A stretch of 32,000 nt of DNA from Mycolicibacterium smegmatis. GTDB lineage: Bacteria > Actinomycetota > Actinomycetes > Mycobacteriales > Mycobacteriaceae. A program made the translations under genes and the position numbers. Below are positions 11,316 through 29,705 of this stretch, in pieces. How positions within the stretch are numbered: position 1 is the stretch's first letter; each line of letters opens with the position of its first letter. The notes below the pieces were generated by a model, which was given only the letters and a program-made list of their open reading frames with translations, was not told the DNA's origin and searched no databases. The stretch is taken from NCBI RefSeq assembly GCF_001457595.1, contig NZ_LN831039.1, positions 6,450,001 to 6,482,000 on the forward strand, read 5' to 3'.

Positions 11316-14300
11316 TATCCCGTTAGCATCGAAGCCCGTGACCGGTCCGCATGCAGCGGGTGGCAGCAACCACCGCACCGCGCGGCTCGTCGCGATCATC
11401 GCCGGACTTCTCGGCACGCTGATGGCGATCGCGACGCCGCTGCTGCCGGTCGAGCAGACCACCGCCGAGCTCAACTGGCCGCAGAACGGCGTCTGGCAGA
11501 GCGTCGACGCGCCGCTGATCGGCTACGTCGCGACCGACCTGACCGTCACCGTGCCGTGCCAGGCCGCCGCGGGCCTGGTGGGACCGGAGAACCGCAACCG
11601 CAGCGTGCTGTTGTCGACGGTGCCCAAGCAGGCCCCCAAGGCCATCGACCGCGGCCTGCTGATCGAACGCATCAACAACGACCTCACGGTCATCGTGCGC
11701 AACACCCCGGTCGTCAGCGCACCGCTGGAGCAGGTGCTCAGCCCCGACTGCCGGTACCTGACGTTCACCGCGCACGCCGACAAGGTGACCGGTGAGTTCG
11801 TCGGCCTCACGCAGGGTCCCGATGACGACGACCCGGGCGAGGCGGTGCGCGGCGAGCGCAGCGGCTACGACTTCCGTCCCCAGATCGTCGGTGTGTTCAC
11901 CGACCTGTCCGGCCCGGCGCCCGAAGGGCTGCAGTTGTCGGCGACCATCGACACGCGCTACAGCACGTCGCCGACCCTGCTGAAACTGCTCGCGATGATC
12001 GTGGGCGTCGCGATGACCGTCATCGCGCTCGGCGCGCTGCACGTGCTGGACTGCGCCGACGGCCGGCGCCACAAGCGCTTCCTGCCGTCGCGCTGGTGGT
12101 CGATGACGCCGCTGGACGGGCTGGTCAGCGCGATGCTGGTGTGGTGGCACTTCGTCGGCGCCAACACGGCCGACGACGGCTACATCCTGACCATGGCCCG
12201 TGTGTCCGAGCACGCCGGCTACATGGCCAACTACTACCGCTGGTTCGGTACGCCTGAGTCGCCGTTCGGCTGGTACTACGACCTGCTGGCGTTGTGGGCG
12301 CACGTGTCGACGGCCAGCGTGTGGATGCGCTTCCCCACGCTGCTCATGGGTCTGGCCTGCTGGTGGGTGATCAGCCGCGAGGTCATCCCGCGCCTGGGCG
12401 CCGCCGCCAAGCACAGCCGCGCCGCGGCATGGACCGCCGCGGGCCTGTTCCTGGCGTTCTGGCTGCCGCTCAACAACGGGTTGCGCCCCGAGCCCATCAT
12501 CGCGCTGGGCATCCTGCTGACGTGGTGCTCGGTGGAGCGCGGCGTCGCGACCAGCAGGCTGCTGCCGGTGGCCGTCGCCATCATCATCGGTGCACTCACG
12601 CTGTTCTCCGGCCCCACCGGCATCGCCGCTGTCGGCGCCCTGCTGGTCGCCATCGGACCGCTGAAAACCATTGTGGCCGCGCATGTTTCACGGTTCGGCT
12701 ATTGGGCACTGCTGGCGCCGATCGCCGCGGCGGGCACCGTCACGATCTTCCTGATCTTCCGCGACCAGACCCTGGCCGCCGAACTGCAGGCCAGCAGCTT
12801 CAAGTCGGCCGTCGGCCCCAGCCTGGCCTGGTTCGACGAGCACATCCGCTACTCACGCCTGTTCACCACAAGCCCCGACGGTTCGGTGGCGCGGCGCTTC
12901 GCGGTGCTCACGCTGCTGCTCGCGCTGGCGGTGTCGATCGCGATGACGCTGCGCAAGGGCCGCATCCCCGGCACCGCGCTGGGCCCGAGCAGACGCATCA
13001 TCGGCATCACGATCATCTCGTTCCTCGCGATGATGTTCACCCCGACCAAGTGGACCCACCACTTCGGTGTGTTCGCCGGCCTCGCGGGGTGCCTCGGCGC
13101 CCTGGCCGCCGTCGCGGTCACCACGACCGCGATGAAGTCGCGGCGTAACCGCACGGTGTTCGGCGCGGCAGTGCTGTTCGTGACGGCGCTGTCGTTCGCG
13201 ACGGTCAACGGCTGGTGGTACGTGTCCAATTTCGGTGTGCCCTGGTCGAACTCGTTCCCCGAGTTCAAGTTCGGGTTCACCACGATGCTGCTGGGCCTGT
13301 CGGTGCTCGCGCTGCTGGTCGCGGCATGGTTCCACTTCAGCGGGCGCGACGTCTCGCCCGACCGGCCGCAACGGCGCTGGCAGCGCCTTCTGGTCGCCCC
13401 GCTCGCGGTCGCCACGTGGGCACTGGTGATCTTCGAGGTGGTCTCGCTGACGCTGGGGATGATCAACCAGTACCCGGCGTGGTCGGTGGGCCGCTCCAAC
13501 CTCAACGCCCTGACCGGCAAGACCTGCGGACTGGCCAACGACGTGCTGGTCGAGCAGAACGCCAACGCGGGCATGCTCACCCCGATCGGTGAGCCGGCCG
13601 GTCAGGCGCTCGGCGCCGTGACCTCGCTGGGCTTCGGGCCGAACGGCATCCCCTCGGATGTCTCCGCGGACCCCGTCATGGAGCAGCCCGGCACGGACAA
13701 CTTCGCCGACAGCGACTCCGGCGTCGTCACCGGCACCGAGGTCGGCACCGAAGGCGGCACCACAGCTGCCGCGGGCATCAACGGATCCCGCGCGCGCCTG
13801 CCGTACGGCCTGAACCCGGCCACCACGCCGGTGCTCGGTTCGTGGCGTTCGGGCACACAGCAGCCCGCGGTGCTGCGCTCGGCGTGGTACCGGCTGCCCG
13901 ACCGCGACCAGGCGGGCCCGCTGCTCGTGGTGTCGGCCGCCGGTCGGTTCGACCAGGGCGAGGTCGAGGTGCAGTGGGCCACCGACGAGCAGGCCGCGGC
14001 CAACGAGCCGGGCGGCAGCATCACCTTCGGTGACGTCGGCGCGGCCCCGGCCTGGCGCAACCTGCGCGCCCCGCTGAGCTCGATCCCGCCCGAGGCCACC
14101 CAGATCCGGCTGGTCGCCAGCGACGACGATCTCGCACCCCAGCACTGGATCGCCCTGACCCCGCCGCGCATCCCCGAGCTGCGCACGCTGCAGGAGGTCG
14201 TCGGATCGTCCGACCCGGTGATGCTGGACTGGCTCGTAGGCCTGGCGTTCCCGTGCCAGCGGCCGTTCGACCACCGCTACGGCGTCGTCGAGGTGCCCAA

Positions 14301-14562
14301 GTGGCGCATCCTGCCGGACCGGTTCGGCGCCGAGGCCAATTCGCCGGTCATGGACTACCTGGGCGGCGGCCCGCTCGGCATCACCGAGCTGCTGCTGCGC
14401 CCGTCGTCGGTGCCGACCTACCTCAAGGACGACTGGTACCGCGACTGGGGCTCGTTGCAGCGGCTGACGCCGTGGTACCCGGACGCCCAGCCGGCGCGCC
14501 TGGACCTCGGCACGGCCACGCGCAGCGGCTGGTGGAGCCCGGCGCCCCTGCGGCTGAGTTGA
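11305..14562 (+). CDS. embC: Arabinosyltransferase EmbC
   Basis: EmbC-type sequence '[17 protein letters not shown]', '[36 protein letters not shown]'. ATG 11305 gives MATDIPLAS..., similar to recalled M. tuberculosis MATEAAP...; alternative GTG start at 11338 gives 1074 aa. Confidence 0.96.
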   Translation: MATDIPLASKPVTGPHAAGGSNHRTARLVAIIAGLLGTLMAIATPLLPVEQTTAELNWPQNGVWQSVDAPLIGYVATDLTVTVPCQAAAGLVGPENRNRSVLLSTVPKQAPKAIDRGLLIERINNDLTVIVRNTPVVSAPLEQVLSPDCRYLTFTAHADKVTGEFVGLTQGPDDDDPGEAVRGERSGYDFRPQIVGVFTDLSGPAPEGLQLSATIDTRYSTSPTLLKLLAMIVGVAMTVIALGALHVLDCADGRRHKRFLPSRWWSMTPLDGLVSAMLVWWHFVGANTADDGYILTMARVSEHAGYMANYYRWFGTPESPFGWYYDLLALWAHVSTASVWMRFPTLLMGLACWWVISREVIPRLGAAAKHSRAAAWTAAGLFLAFWLPLNNGLRPEPIIALGILLTWCSVERGVATSRLLPVAVAIIIGALTLFSGPTGIAAVGALLVAIGPLKTIVAAHVSRFGYWALLAPIAAAGTVTIFLIFRDQTLAAELQASSFKSAVGPSLAWFDEHIRYSRLFTTSPDGSVARRFAVLTLLLALAVSIAMTLRKGRIPGTALGPSRRIIGITIISFLAMMFTPTKWTHHFGVFAGLAGCLGALAAVAVTTTAMKSRRNRTVFGAAVLFVTALSFATVNGWWYVSNFGVPWSNSFPEFKFGFTTMLLGLSVLALLVAAWFHFSGRDVSPDRPQRRWQRLLVAPLAVATWALVIFEVVSLTLGMINQYPAWSVGRSNLNALTGKTCGLANDVLVEQNANAGMLTPIGEPAGQALGAVTSLGFGPNGIPSDVSADPVMEQPGTDNFADSDSGVVTGTEVGTEGGTTAAAGINGSRARLPYGLNPATTPVLGSWRSGTQQPAVLRSAWYRLPDRDQAGPLLVVSAAGRFDQGEVEVQWATDEQAAANEPGGSITFGDVGAAPAWRNLRAPLSSIPPEATQIRLVASDDDLAPQHWIALTPPRIPELRTLQEVVGSSDPVMLDWLVGLAFPCQRPFDHRYGVVEVPKWRILPDRFGAEANSPVMDYLGGGPLGITELLLRPSSVPTYLKDDWYRDWGSLQRLTPWYPDAQPARLDLGTATRSGWWSPAPLRLS

Positions 14563-14639
14563 GCGGCTGAGCTAGCGGCTGAGCGATCACGGTAGGGCCG
14601 ACGCGCGCCCGCATGGCCGACGCTCACATGCGGGTCGCA

Positions 14640-14654
14640 TACCATCGAGCCTCG
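14640..14654 (+). promoter_or_regulatory. Putative embA leaderless promoter, -10 TACCAT
   Basis: TACCAT at 14640-14645, 8 nt before GTG start 14654, within the 91-bp embC-embA intergenic region. Confidence 0.45.
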
Positions 14655-17600
14655 TGCCGGGCGATGAACAGCGTGAGCGAACAGCAGATGACGCAGTGAC
14701 CGAACCGTCCCGCATCGCACGCCTGATCGCTGTCGTCGCCGGCATCGCGGGCGTGTTGTTGTGCGGTCTGGTTCCACTGCTCCCGGTGGAGGAGACCACC
14801 GCGACCGTCCTGTGGCCGCAGGGTGTGGGTGCCGACGGCAACGTCACCGAACTGACGGCGCCGCTGGTGGCCGGGGCGCCGCGGGCACTCGACGTCACGA
14901 TCCCGTGCCGCGCCGTGGCCGAGCTTCCCGCCGACGGCGGCGTGGTGTTCTCGACGAACCCGGCAGGCGGCATCGAGGCCGGCCGCAACGGCATGTTCAT
15001 CCGCGCCAACGCCGACGTGGTCTACGTCGCGTTCCGCGACACGGTCGCCGCGGTCGCACCGCGTGAGGCCGTCGATTCCGGCGCGTGCAGCGAGATCCAC
15101 GTCTGGGCCGACGTCAGCGCGGTGGGCGCCGACTTCGCCGGTATCCCCGACGCCAGCGGAACCCTGCCCGTCGACAAGCGCCCCCAGGTCTCGGGTGTCT
15201 TCACCGACCTCAAGGTGCCCGCGCAGCCCGGCCTGGCCGCGCGCATCGACATCGACACCCGCTTCATCACGTCACCGACCCTGCTGAAGACCGCCGTGAT
15301 GGTGCTCGGCCTCGCGTGCGTCATCGGGTCGATCGTCGCGCTGGCCCTGTTGGACCGCGGATGGCGCAGGCGCCCGCCGCGCACGCGCGGACGCGCCGGG
15401 CTGTGGACGTGGATCACCGACACCGGCGTGATCGGCGGCCTGCTCATCTGGCACATCGTCGGCGCGCCCACGTCCGACGACGGCTACAACATGACCATCG
15501 CCCGGGTGGCGTCCGAGGCGGGTTACACGACGAACTACTACCGCTACTTCGGCGCGTCCGAGGCCCCGTTCGACTGGTACCAGAGCGTGCTGTCGCACCT
15601 GGCCTCGATCAGCACCGCGGGCGTGTGGATGCGGCTGCCCGCCACGGCGGCCGCTATCGCGACGTGGCTGATCATCAGCCGCTGCGTGCTGCCCCGCATC
15701 GGCAGGCGCGTCGCGGCCAACCGCGTCGCGATGCTCACCGCGGGTGCGACGTTCCTGGCCGCGTGGCTGCCGTTCAACAACGGTTTGCGTCCCGAACCGC
15801 TGATCGCGTTCGCGGTGATCACGGTGTGGATGCTGGTGGAGAACTCCATCGGCACGCGGCGCCTGTGGCCCGCGGCCGTCGCGATCGTCATCGCGATGTT
15901 CTCCGTCACACTCGCCCCGCAGGGCCTGATCGCGCTGGCGCCGCTGCTGGTCGGCGCGCGCGCCATCGGCCGCGTCGTCACCGCCCGCCGTGCGGGCACC
16001 GGGATCCTGGCGTCCCTGGCCCCGCTCGCGGCGTCGGTCGCCGTGGTCTTCGTGATCATCTTCCGCGATCAGACCCTGGCCACGGTCGCCGAGTCGGTGC
16101 GCATCAAGTACGTCGTGGGACCGACCATCCCCTGGTACCAGGAATTCCTGCGGTACTACTTCCTCACGGTCGAGGACAGCGTCGACGGATCCCTGACCCG
16201 CCGATTCGCGGTGCTGGTGCTGCTGCTGTGCCTGTTCGGCCTCATCATGGTGCTGCTGCGCCGCGGCCGGGTGCCCGGCGCGGTGAGCGGGCCGCTGTGG
16301 CGGCTGTGCGGATCGACCGCGATCGGCCTGCTGCTGTTGATCCTCACCCCCACCAAGTGGGCGATCCAGTTCGGCGCGTTCGCGGGCCTGGCCGGCGCCC
16401 TCGGTGGTGTGACGGCATTCGCGTTCGCGCGCGTGGGCCTGCACAGCCGACGCAACCTCGCGCTGTACGTCACCGCGCTGCTGTTCATCCTGGCGTGGGC
16501 CACCTCGGGCCTCAACGGCTGGTTCTACGTCGGCAACTACGGCGTGCCGTGGTTCGACAAGCAGCCTGTGATCGCGCATTACCCGGTCACCACGATCTTC
16601 CTGGTGCTCGCGATCGTCGGCGGTCTGCTCGCAGGCTGGCTGCACTTCCGCATGGACTACGCGGGGCACACCGAGGTGGCCGACACCGGCAGAAACCGCG
16701 CGCTCGCCTCGACGCCGCTGTTGATCGTCGCGACCATCATGGTGGTGCTCGAACTCGGCTCGATGGTCAAGGCCACCGTGGGCCGCTACCCCGTCTACAC
16801 CGTGGGCTCGGCCAACATCGCCGCGCTGCGCTCGGCCGGCGACAGCTGTGCGATGGCCGACGCCGTGCTGGTCGAGGCCGACCCCAACGAGGGCATGCTG
16901 CAACCGGTTCCGGGCCAGCGCTTCGGCGAGTACGGCCCGCTGGGCGGCGAGGACCCCGTCGGCTTCACCCCCAACGGCGTCAGCGACACCCTCGAACCCG
17001 CCGAGCCCGTCGCGGCCAACCCGGGCACCCCGAACTCCGACGGGCCGGTCGACAAGCCCAACATCGGCATCGGCTACGCCGCGGGCACCGGCGGCGGCTA
17101 CGGCCCCGAGGGCGTCAACGGGTCGCGGGTGTTCCTGCCCTTCGGCCTGGACCCGTCCCGCACCCCGGTGATGGGCAGCTACGGCGAGAACAAGCTGGCC
17201 GCCAAGGCCACGTCGGCCTGGTACCAGCTGCCGCCCCGCACGCCGGACCGCCCGCTGGTGACCGTCGCCGCGGCAGGCGCCATCTGGTACTACGAGGAAG
17301 ACGGCTCGTTCAACTACGGCCAGTCGCTCAAGCTGCAGTGGGGTGTGCACCGGCCCGACGGCACCTACCAGGCGCTGTCGGAGGTCCAGCCCATCGACAT
17401 CTTCCAGCAGAAGGCGTGGCGCAACCTGCGGTTCCCGCTCGCGTGGGCGCCGCCGGAGGCCAACGTCGCGCGCATCGTCGCCGACGACCCCAACCTGTCC
17501 GAGGACCAGTGGTTCGCGTTCACGCCGCCGCGCGTTCCGGTGCTGCAGACCGCGCAGCAGTTCCTCGGATCGCAGACCCCGGTGCTCATGGACATCGCCA

Positions 17601-17938
17601 CGGCCGCGAACTTCCCGTGCCAGCGGCCATTCGCCGAGCGGCTCGGTGTCGCCGAGTTGCCCGAGTACCGCATCATCCCCAACTTCAAGCAGATGGTGGT
17701 GTCGTCCAACCAGTGGCAGTCCGCCGCCGACGGTGGGCCGTTCCTGTTCATCCAGGCGCTGCTGAGGACCGAGGCGATCCCGACCTATCTGCGTGACGAC
17801 TGGTACCGCGACTGGGGCTCGATCGAGCGCTACATCCGGGTGGTACCGCAGGAGCAGGCGCCCACAGCCGCCATCGAGGAAGGATCGACGCGAGTGTTCG
17901 GATGGAGTCGCGGCGGACCGATCAGGGCACTGCCGTGA
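14654..17938 (+). CDS. embA: Arabinosyltransferase EmbA (1094 aa)
   Basis: '[34 protein letters not shown]', '[19 protein letters not shown]', C-terminal 'RGGPIRALP'. Located between embC and embB. Confidence 0.96.
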   Translation: MPGDEQRERTADDAVTEPSRIARLIAVVAGIAGVLLCGLVPLLPVEETTATVLWPQGVGADGNVTELTAPLVAGAPRALDVTIPCRAVAELPADGGVVFSTNPAGGIEAGRNGMFIRANADVVYVAFRDTVAAVAPREAVDSGACSEIHVWADVSAVGADFAGIPDASGTLPVDKRPQVSGVFTDLKVPAQPGLAARIDIDTRFITSPTLLKTAVMVLGLACVIGSIVALALLDRGWRRRPPRTRGRAGLWTWITDTGVIGGLLIWHIVGAPTSDDGYNMTIARVASEAGYTTNYYRYFGASEAPFDWYQSVLSHLASISTAGVWMRLPATAAAIATWLIISRCVLPRIGRRVAANRVAMLTAGATFLAAWLPFNNGLRPEPLIAFAVITVWMLVENSIGTRRLWPAAVAIVIAMFSVTLAPQGLIALAPLLVGARAIGRVVTARRAGTGILASLAPLAASVAVVFVIIFRDQTLATVAESVRIKYVVGPTIPWYQEFLRYYFLTVEDSVDGSLTRRFAVLVLLLCLFGLIMVLLRRGRVPGAVSGPLWRLCGSTAIGLLLLILTPTKWAIQFGAFAGLAGALGGVTAFAFARVGLHSRRNLALYVTALLFILAWATSGLNGWFYVGNYGVPWFDKQPVIAHYPVTTIFLVLAIVGGLLAGWLHFRMDYAGHTEVADTGRNRALASTPLLIVATIMVVLELGSMVKATVGRYPVYTVGSANIAALRSAGDSCAMADAVLVEADPNEGMLQPVPGQRFGEYGPLGGEDPVGFTPNGVSDTLEPAEPVAANPGTPNSDGPVDKPNIGIGYAAGTGGGYGPEGVNGSRVFLPFGLDPSRTPVMGSYGENKLAAKATSAWYQLPPRTPDRPLVTVAAAGAIWYYEEDGSFNYGQSLKLQWGVHRPDGTYQALSEVQPIDIFQQKAWRNLRFPLAWAPPEANVARIVADDPNLSEDQWFAFTPPRVPVLQTAQQFLGSQTPVLMDIATAANFPCQRPFAERLGVAELPEYRIIPNFKQMVVSSNQWQSAADGGPFLFIQALLRTEAIPTYLRDDWYRDWGSIERYIRVVPQEQAPTAAIEEGSTRVFGWSRGGPIRALP

Positions 17939-20900
17939 GCGGCAACATGGATGAAGCCGTGAGCGCCGGCAAGGACGTGCGGATCGCACGCTGGGTCGCC
18001 ACCATCGCGGGCCTGCTCGGATTCGTGCTCTCCGTGTCCATCCCGCTGCTGCCGGTCACGCAGACCACGGCCACGCTGAACTGGCCGCAGCAGGGCAGGC
18101 TCGACAACGTCACCGCTCCGCTGATCTCGCAGGCCCCGTTGGAGCTGACCGCGACCGTGCCGTGCTCGGTGGTGCGCGACCTGCCCCCCGAGGGCGGCCT
18201 GGTGTTCGGCACCGCACCCGCCGAGGGCCGCGACGCCGCACTCAACGCGATGCTGGTCAACGTCACCGAGACCCGCGTCGACGTGATCGTGCGCAACGTC
18301 GTCGTCGCGAGCGTGAACCGCGACCGCGTCGCGGGACCTGACTGCCAACGCATCGAGATCACGTCGAACCTGGATGGCACCTACGCCGATTTCGTCGGTC
18401 TCACACAGATTTCCGGCGAGGACGCGGGCAAGCTGCAGCGCACCGGCTACCCCGACCCGAATCTGCGGCCCGCGATCGTCGGTGTGTTCACCGACCTCAC
18501 CGGCCCTGCGCCGCAGGGACTGTCGGTGTCGGCGGAGATCGACACGCGCTTCACGACGCACCCCACGGCGCTCAAGCTCGCGGCCATGCTGCTGGCGATC
18601 GTGTCGACCGTCATCGCGCTGCTGGCGTTGTGGCGCCTCGACCGGCTCGACGGGCGGCGCATGCACCGCCTGATCCCGACGCGCTGGCGCACGGTCACCG
18701 CGGTCGACGGCGTGGTGGTCGGCGGCATGGCGATCTGGTACGTGATCGGCGCCAACTCGTCCGACGACGGCTACATCCTGCAGATGGCGCGCACGGCCGA
18801 GCACGCGGGCTACATGGCGAACTACTTCCGCTGGTTCGGCAGCCCCGAGGACCCGTTCGGCTGGTACTACAACGTGCTGGCGCTCATGACCAAGGTGAGC
18901 GACGCCAGCATCTGGATCCGATTGCCCGACTTGATCTGTGCCCTGATCTGCTGGCTGCTGCTGTCCCGTGAGGTGCTGCCGCGGCTGGGACCCGCGGTGG
19001 CCGGCAGTCGCGCGGCGATGTGGGCCGCGGGCCTGGTGCTGCTTGGTGCGTGGATGCCGTTCAACAACGGCCTGCGCCCCGAGGGCCAGATCGCCACGGG
19101 CGCGCTGATCACCTATGTCCTGATCGAACGCGCCGTCACCTCGGGCCGGCTCACCCCGGCGGCGCTGGCCATCACGACGGCCGCGTTCACGCTCGGTATC
19201 CAGCCGACCGGTCTGATCGCCGTCGCCGCACTGCTGGCCGGTGGCCGTCCGATCCTGCGCATCGTCATGCGCCGCCGTCGCCTCGTCGGGACCTGGCCGC
19301 TGATCGCGCCACTGCTGGCCGCGGGCACCGTGATCCTGGCCGTGGTGTTCGCCGACCAGACCATCGCAACGGTGCTGGAGGCCACCAGGATCCGCACCGC
19401 GATCGGGCCCAGCCAGGAGTGGTGGACCGAGAACCTGCGCTACTACTACCTGATCCTGCCGACCACCGACGGCGCGATCTCGCGGCGCGTGGCGTTCGTG
19501 TTCACCGCGATGTGCCTGTTCCCCTCGCTGTTCATGATGTTGCGGCGCAAGCACATCGCGGGCGTCGCACGCGGCCCGGCCTGGCGCCTGATGGGCATCA
19601 TCTTCGCCACCATGTTCTTCCTGATGTTCACGCCCACCAAGTGGATCCACCACTTCGGCCTGTTCGCCGCGGTGGGCGGTGCGATGGCCGCGCTGGCGAC
19701 CGTGCTGGTGTCGCCCACGGTGCTGCGCTCGGCGCGCAACCGGATGGCGTTCCTGTCGCTCGTGTTGTTCGTGCTGGCGTTCTGCTTCGCCTCCACCAAC
19801 GGCTGGTGGTACGTGTCGAACTTCGGTGCGCCGTTCAACAATTCGGTGCCCAAGGTCGGCGGTGTCCAGATCAGCGCGATCTTCTTCGCGCTGTCGGCGA
19901 TCGCGGCCCTGTGGGCGTTCTGGTTGCACCTGACGCGTCGCACCGAATCCCGTGTGGTGGACCGGTTGACCGCGGCGCCCATCCCCGTCGCGGCCGGGTT
20001 CATGGTCGTGGTGATGATGGCGTCCATGGCGATCGGCGTGGTGCGCCAGTACCCGACGTACTCCAACGGGTGGGCCAACATCCGCGCGTTCGCGGGCGGT
20101 TGCGGCCTGGCCGACGACGTTCTGGTGGAACCGGATTCGAACGCGGGCTTCCTCACGCCGCTGCCCGGCGCGTACGGTCCGCTTGGCCCGCTGGGCGGCG
20201 AGGACCCGCAGGGCTTCTCCCCCGACGGTGTTCCCGACCGCATCATCGCCGAGGCCATCCGCCTCAACAATCCGCAGCCGGGCACCGATTACGACTGGAA
20301 CCGACCGATCAAGCTCGACGAGCCGGGCATCAACGGTTCCACCGTGCCGCTGCCCTACGGCCTCGACCCCAAGCGGGTCCCGGTCGCGGGTACGTACTCC
20401 ACCGAGGCGCAACAGGAGAGCAGGCTGTCCTCGGCGTGGTACGAGCTTCCAGCCCTCGACGAGACCGAACGGGCTGCGCATCCGCTGGTGGTCATCACCG
20501 CCGCGGGCACCATCACCGGCGAGAGCGTCGCCAACGGCCTGACGACCGGCCAGACCGTGGACCTGGAGTACGCGACCCGCGGCCCGGACGGCACCCTGGT
20601 GCCCGCGGGCCGGGTGACACCGTACGACGTGGGGCCCACCCCGTCGTGGCGCAACCTGCGCTACCCGCGCTCGGAGATCCCCGACGATGCCGTCGCGGTG
20701 CGCGTGGTGGCCGAGGATCTGTCACTGAGCCAGGGCGACTGGATCGCGGTGACCCCGCCGCGGGTGCCCGAGCTGCAGTCGGTGCAGGAGTACGTCGGCT
20801 CCGATCAGCCCGTGCTGATGGACTGGGCCGTGGGTCTGGCGTTCCCGTGCCAGCAGCCCATGCTGCACGCCAACGGCGTCACCGAGGTGCCCAAGTTCCG

Positions 20901-21159
20901 CATCTCGCCGGACTACTACGCCAAGCTGCAGAGCACCGACACGTGGCAGGACGGCATCAACGGCGGCCTGCTGGGCATCACCGACCTGCTGCTGCGGGCC
21001 TCGGTGATGTCGACCTACCTGTCGCAGGACTGGGGCCAGGACTGGGGTTCGTTGCGCAAGTTCGACACCGTCGTCGAAGCGACGCCTGCCGAACTCGATT
21101 TCGGCTCCCAGACCCACAGCGGTCTCTACAGCCCGGGGCCTTTGCGCATCCGACCTTGA
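17935..21159 (+). CDS. embB: Arabinosyltransferase EmbB (1074 aa from GTG 17935)
   Basis: '[33 protein letters not shown]' contains the ethambutol-region Met equivalent to M. tuberculosis Met306. Start GTG overlaps the embA TGA (GTGA). ORF-track start 17902 lies within embA. Confidence 0.96.
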   Translation: MSGNMDEAVSAGKDVRIARWVATIAGLLGFVLSVSIPLLPVTQTTATLNWPQQGRLDNVTAPLISQAPLELTATVPCSVVRDLPPEGGLVFGTAPAEGRDAALNAMLVNVTETRVDVIVRNVVVASVNRDRVAGPDCQRIEITSNLDGTYADFVGLTQISGEDAGKLQRTGYPDPNLRPAIVGVFTDLTGPAPQGLSVSAEIDTRFTTHPTALKLAAMLLAIVSTVIALLALWRLDRLDGRRMHRLIPTRWRTVTAVDGVVVGGMAIWYVIGANSSDDGYILQMARTAEHAGYMANYFRWFGSPEDPFGWYYNVLALMTKVSDASIWIRLPDLICALICWLLLSREVLPRLGPAVAGSRAAMWAAGLVLLGAWMPFNNGLRPEGQIATGALITYVLIERAVTSGRLTPAALAITTAAFTLGIQPTGLIAVAALLAGGRPILRIVMRRRRLVGTWPLIAPLLAAGTVILAVVFADQTIATVLEATRIRTAIGPSQEWWTENLRYYYLILPTTDGAISRRVAFVFTAMCLFPSLFMMLRRKHIAGVARGPAWRLMGIIFATMFFLMFTPTKWIHHFGLFAAVGGAMAALATVLVSPTVLRSARNRMAFLSLVLFVLAFCFASTNGWWYVSNFGAPFNNSVPKVGGVQISAIFFALSAIAALWAFWLHLTRRTESRVVDRLTAAPIPVAAGFMVVVMMASMAIGVVRQYPTYSNGWANIRAFAGGCGLADDVLVEPDSNAGFLTPLPGAYGPLGPLGGEDPQGFSPDGVPDRIIAEAIRLNNPQPGTDYDWNRPIKLDEPGINGSTVPLPYGLDPKRVPVAGTYSTEAQQESRLSSAWYELPALDETERAAHPLVVITAAGTITGESVANGLTTGQTVDLEYATRGPDGTLVPAGRVTPYDVGPTPSWRNLRYPRSEIPDDAVAVRVVAEDLSLSQGDWIAVTPPRVPELQSVQEYVGSDQPVLMDWAVGLAFPCQQPMLHANGVTEVPKFRISPDYYAKLQSTDTWQDGINGGLLGITDLLLRASVMSTYLSQDWGQDWGSLRKFDTVVEATPAELDFGSQTHSGLYSPGPLRIRP

Positions 21160-21165
21160 CATGTA

Positions 21166-21232
21166 ACCGCCGAGCGTGCGGTTTCATACGCGACTCGCGC
21201 ACGATCGCGTACGGGACCGCACGCTCGGCGGT
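21166..21232. repeat. Large inverted repeat / hairpin downstream of embB
   Basis: Perfect 17-bp arms ACCGCCGAGCGTGCGGT (21166-21182) and ACCGCACGCTCGGCGGT (21216-21232). Nested 7-bp IR TACGCGA (21187-21193) / TCGCGTA (21205-21211). Confidence 0.9.
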
Positions 21233-21264
21233 GGTCGCGAGCTGACTTTCATGCGCGCGGTGCG

Positions 21265-21297
21265 CCATAATGGTCAATAGACTTATTGACATACCAT
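21265..21297 (+). promoter_or_regulatory. Operator-like palindrome over a putative promoter of the second MFS gene
   Basis: Perfect IR GTCAATA-gact-TATTGAC (21273-21290) flanked by ATGGT...ACCAT. TACCAT hexamer (21292-21297) lies 7 nt before ATG 21305. Confidence 0.6.
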
Positions 21298-21304
21298 TGG
21301 GGCG

Positions 21305-22543
21305 ATGCGGGGCGATGTGAGACGGTACCTGGCTGCCACGTTCAGCGCCCTGACCATCCGTGACTACCGCCGATACGCGCTGGGGCAGACGATCTCCGTC
21401 AGCGGCACCTGGATGCAGAAGCTCACGCAGGCCTGGCTGGTGCTCGAACTCACCGACTCACCCCTGCTGCTCGGCGTCACCGTCGCGGGCCAGCAGTTGC
21501 CCACCCTGCTGTTCACCACACTCGCCGGTGTGCTGGCCGACCGGTACAGCAAGCGCACGATCCTGCTGTGGACCGCGCTCGGCGGCATGCTCCCCGCACT
21601 GGTGCTGGGCGTCCTGGTGTGGATCGACGTCGTCAACATCTGGATCGTCCTGGCGGCCGCCGTGGCCCAGGGCTTCGCCGACGCTGTCGACAAACCCGCG
21701 CGTCTGACGTTCGTCAACGACATCGCCACGCCGGAAACTTTGGCCAACGCCGTCACGCTCAACAGCATCATCCAGAACAGCGGCAAGATCGCCGGTCCGG
21801 CCGTCGCGGGCGTGCTGATCTCGGCGGTCGGCGTATCGGCGTCGTTCTTCCTCAACGCGGCGTCCTACCTACCGGTGGTGATCGCGCTGCTGCTGATCCG
21901 GCCCCACGCACCGGTGATCACCGGAAACGTCTCCGCCAAGGGACATCTCGGCGAGACCCTGCGCTACGTGTCGGCGCGCCCGCACATCGCCGCGGCACTG
22001 GTCCTCATGGCGGTGTCCGGTCTGCTGGCGTTCAACTGGAATGTCCTGCTGCCCACGCTGGCCCGCGACACGTTCGGCGGCGATGCCCGCGTGGTGGGGT
22101 TCGCCTTCACGAGCATGGGCGTCGGCGCGGTGTTCGGCGGGCTGGCGCTGGCCGGTGTCCTGCGGGGCACGTCGAAGTGGTTGATCCTCAACGGATGTGT
22201 GCTGGGCGCCGCCCTCGCACTGACGGGCCTGATGCCGACCGTGACCATCGCGTACGCCTTGCTGTTCGTGGTCGGCGCGGCGAGCGTGACGTTCCGGTCC
22301 ACCGCGACGACGCTGCTGCAGCTGTACTCCGATCCTGGCGTCCGTGGCCGGATCATCTCGCTGCTCGTGCTCGCGACCAACGGCACCACGCCTGTGGGCG
22401 GCCCGATGATCGGCTGGATCTGCACGCACGCCAACCCCAGGGTCGCGTGCCTGGTCGGCGGCCTGGGCACCGTGGCCGCCGCGCTCGCGCACTGGGCCTA
22501 CCTCAGGAAGGCCGGTACACGAAAAGACCCGATCCCCCTGTAG
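21305..22543 (+). CDS. MFS transporter, EntS/MFS_3-like exporter family (412 aa)
   Basis: 'GQTISVSGTWMQKLTQAWLVLELTDSPLLLGVTVAGQQLPTLLFTTLAGVLADRYSKR' is typical of MFS_3 transporters. TAG stop 22541-22543. GTG at 21317 is an alternative start. Confidence 0.88.
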   Translation: MRGDVRRYLAATFSALTIRDYRRYALGQTISVSGTWMQKLTQAWLVLELTDSPLLLGVTVAGQQLPTLLFTTLAGVLADRYSKRTILLWTALGGMLPALVLGVLVWIDVVNIWIVLAAAVAQGFADAVDKPARLTFVNDIATPETLANAVTLNSIIQNSGKIAGPAVAGVLISAVGVSASFFLNAASYLPVVIALLLIRPHAPVITGNVSAKGHLGETLRYVSARPHIAAALVLMAVSGLLAFNWNVLLPTLARDTFGGDARVVGFAFTSMGVGAVFGGLALAGVLRGTSKWLILNGCVLGAALALTGLMPTVTIAYALLFVVGAASVTFRSTATTLLQLYSDPGVRGRIISLLVLATNGTTPVGGPMIGWICTHANPRVACLVGGLGTVAAALAHWAYLRKAGTRKDPIPL

Positions 22544-22564
22544 TGCAGGAGGATCGGGCCTCTT
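22522..22564. terminator. Bidirectional terminator-like hairpin between converging MFS gene and accD4
   Basis: GAAAAGACCCGATCCCCC - tgtagtgca - GGAGGATCGGGCCTCTTC: near-perfect stem with A-rich left and T-containing right flanks. Confidence 0.65.
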
Positions 22565-22574
22565 CGTGGGACGT

Positions 22575-29647
<7,073 letters not shown>

Positions 29648-29705
29648 GTTCAGGTCACCCTTAAAGCCGCCGGTCGAGAAGCTCGATCCGTGATGGCGTT
29701 GTTGG

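Noticed and set aside
15085-17796. 903-aa +strand ORF inside embA
   Set aside because: Out-of-frame shadow of embA, Arg/Pro/Gly-rich with no domain-like segments.
15272-17989. 905-aa ORF antisense to embA
   Set aside because: Shadow ORF from GC-skewed codon positions; no RBS or recognisable motifs.
17830-20481. 883-aa ORF antisense to embB
   Set aside because: Same GC-rich antisense artefact as the others; no transmembrane or enzyme signatures.
19020-21245. 741-aa +strand ORF overlapping embB in another frame
   Set aside because: Arg-rich shadow frame; embB is unambiguous.
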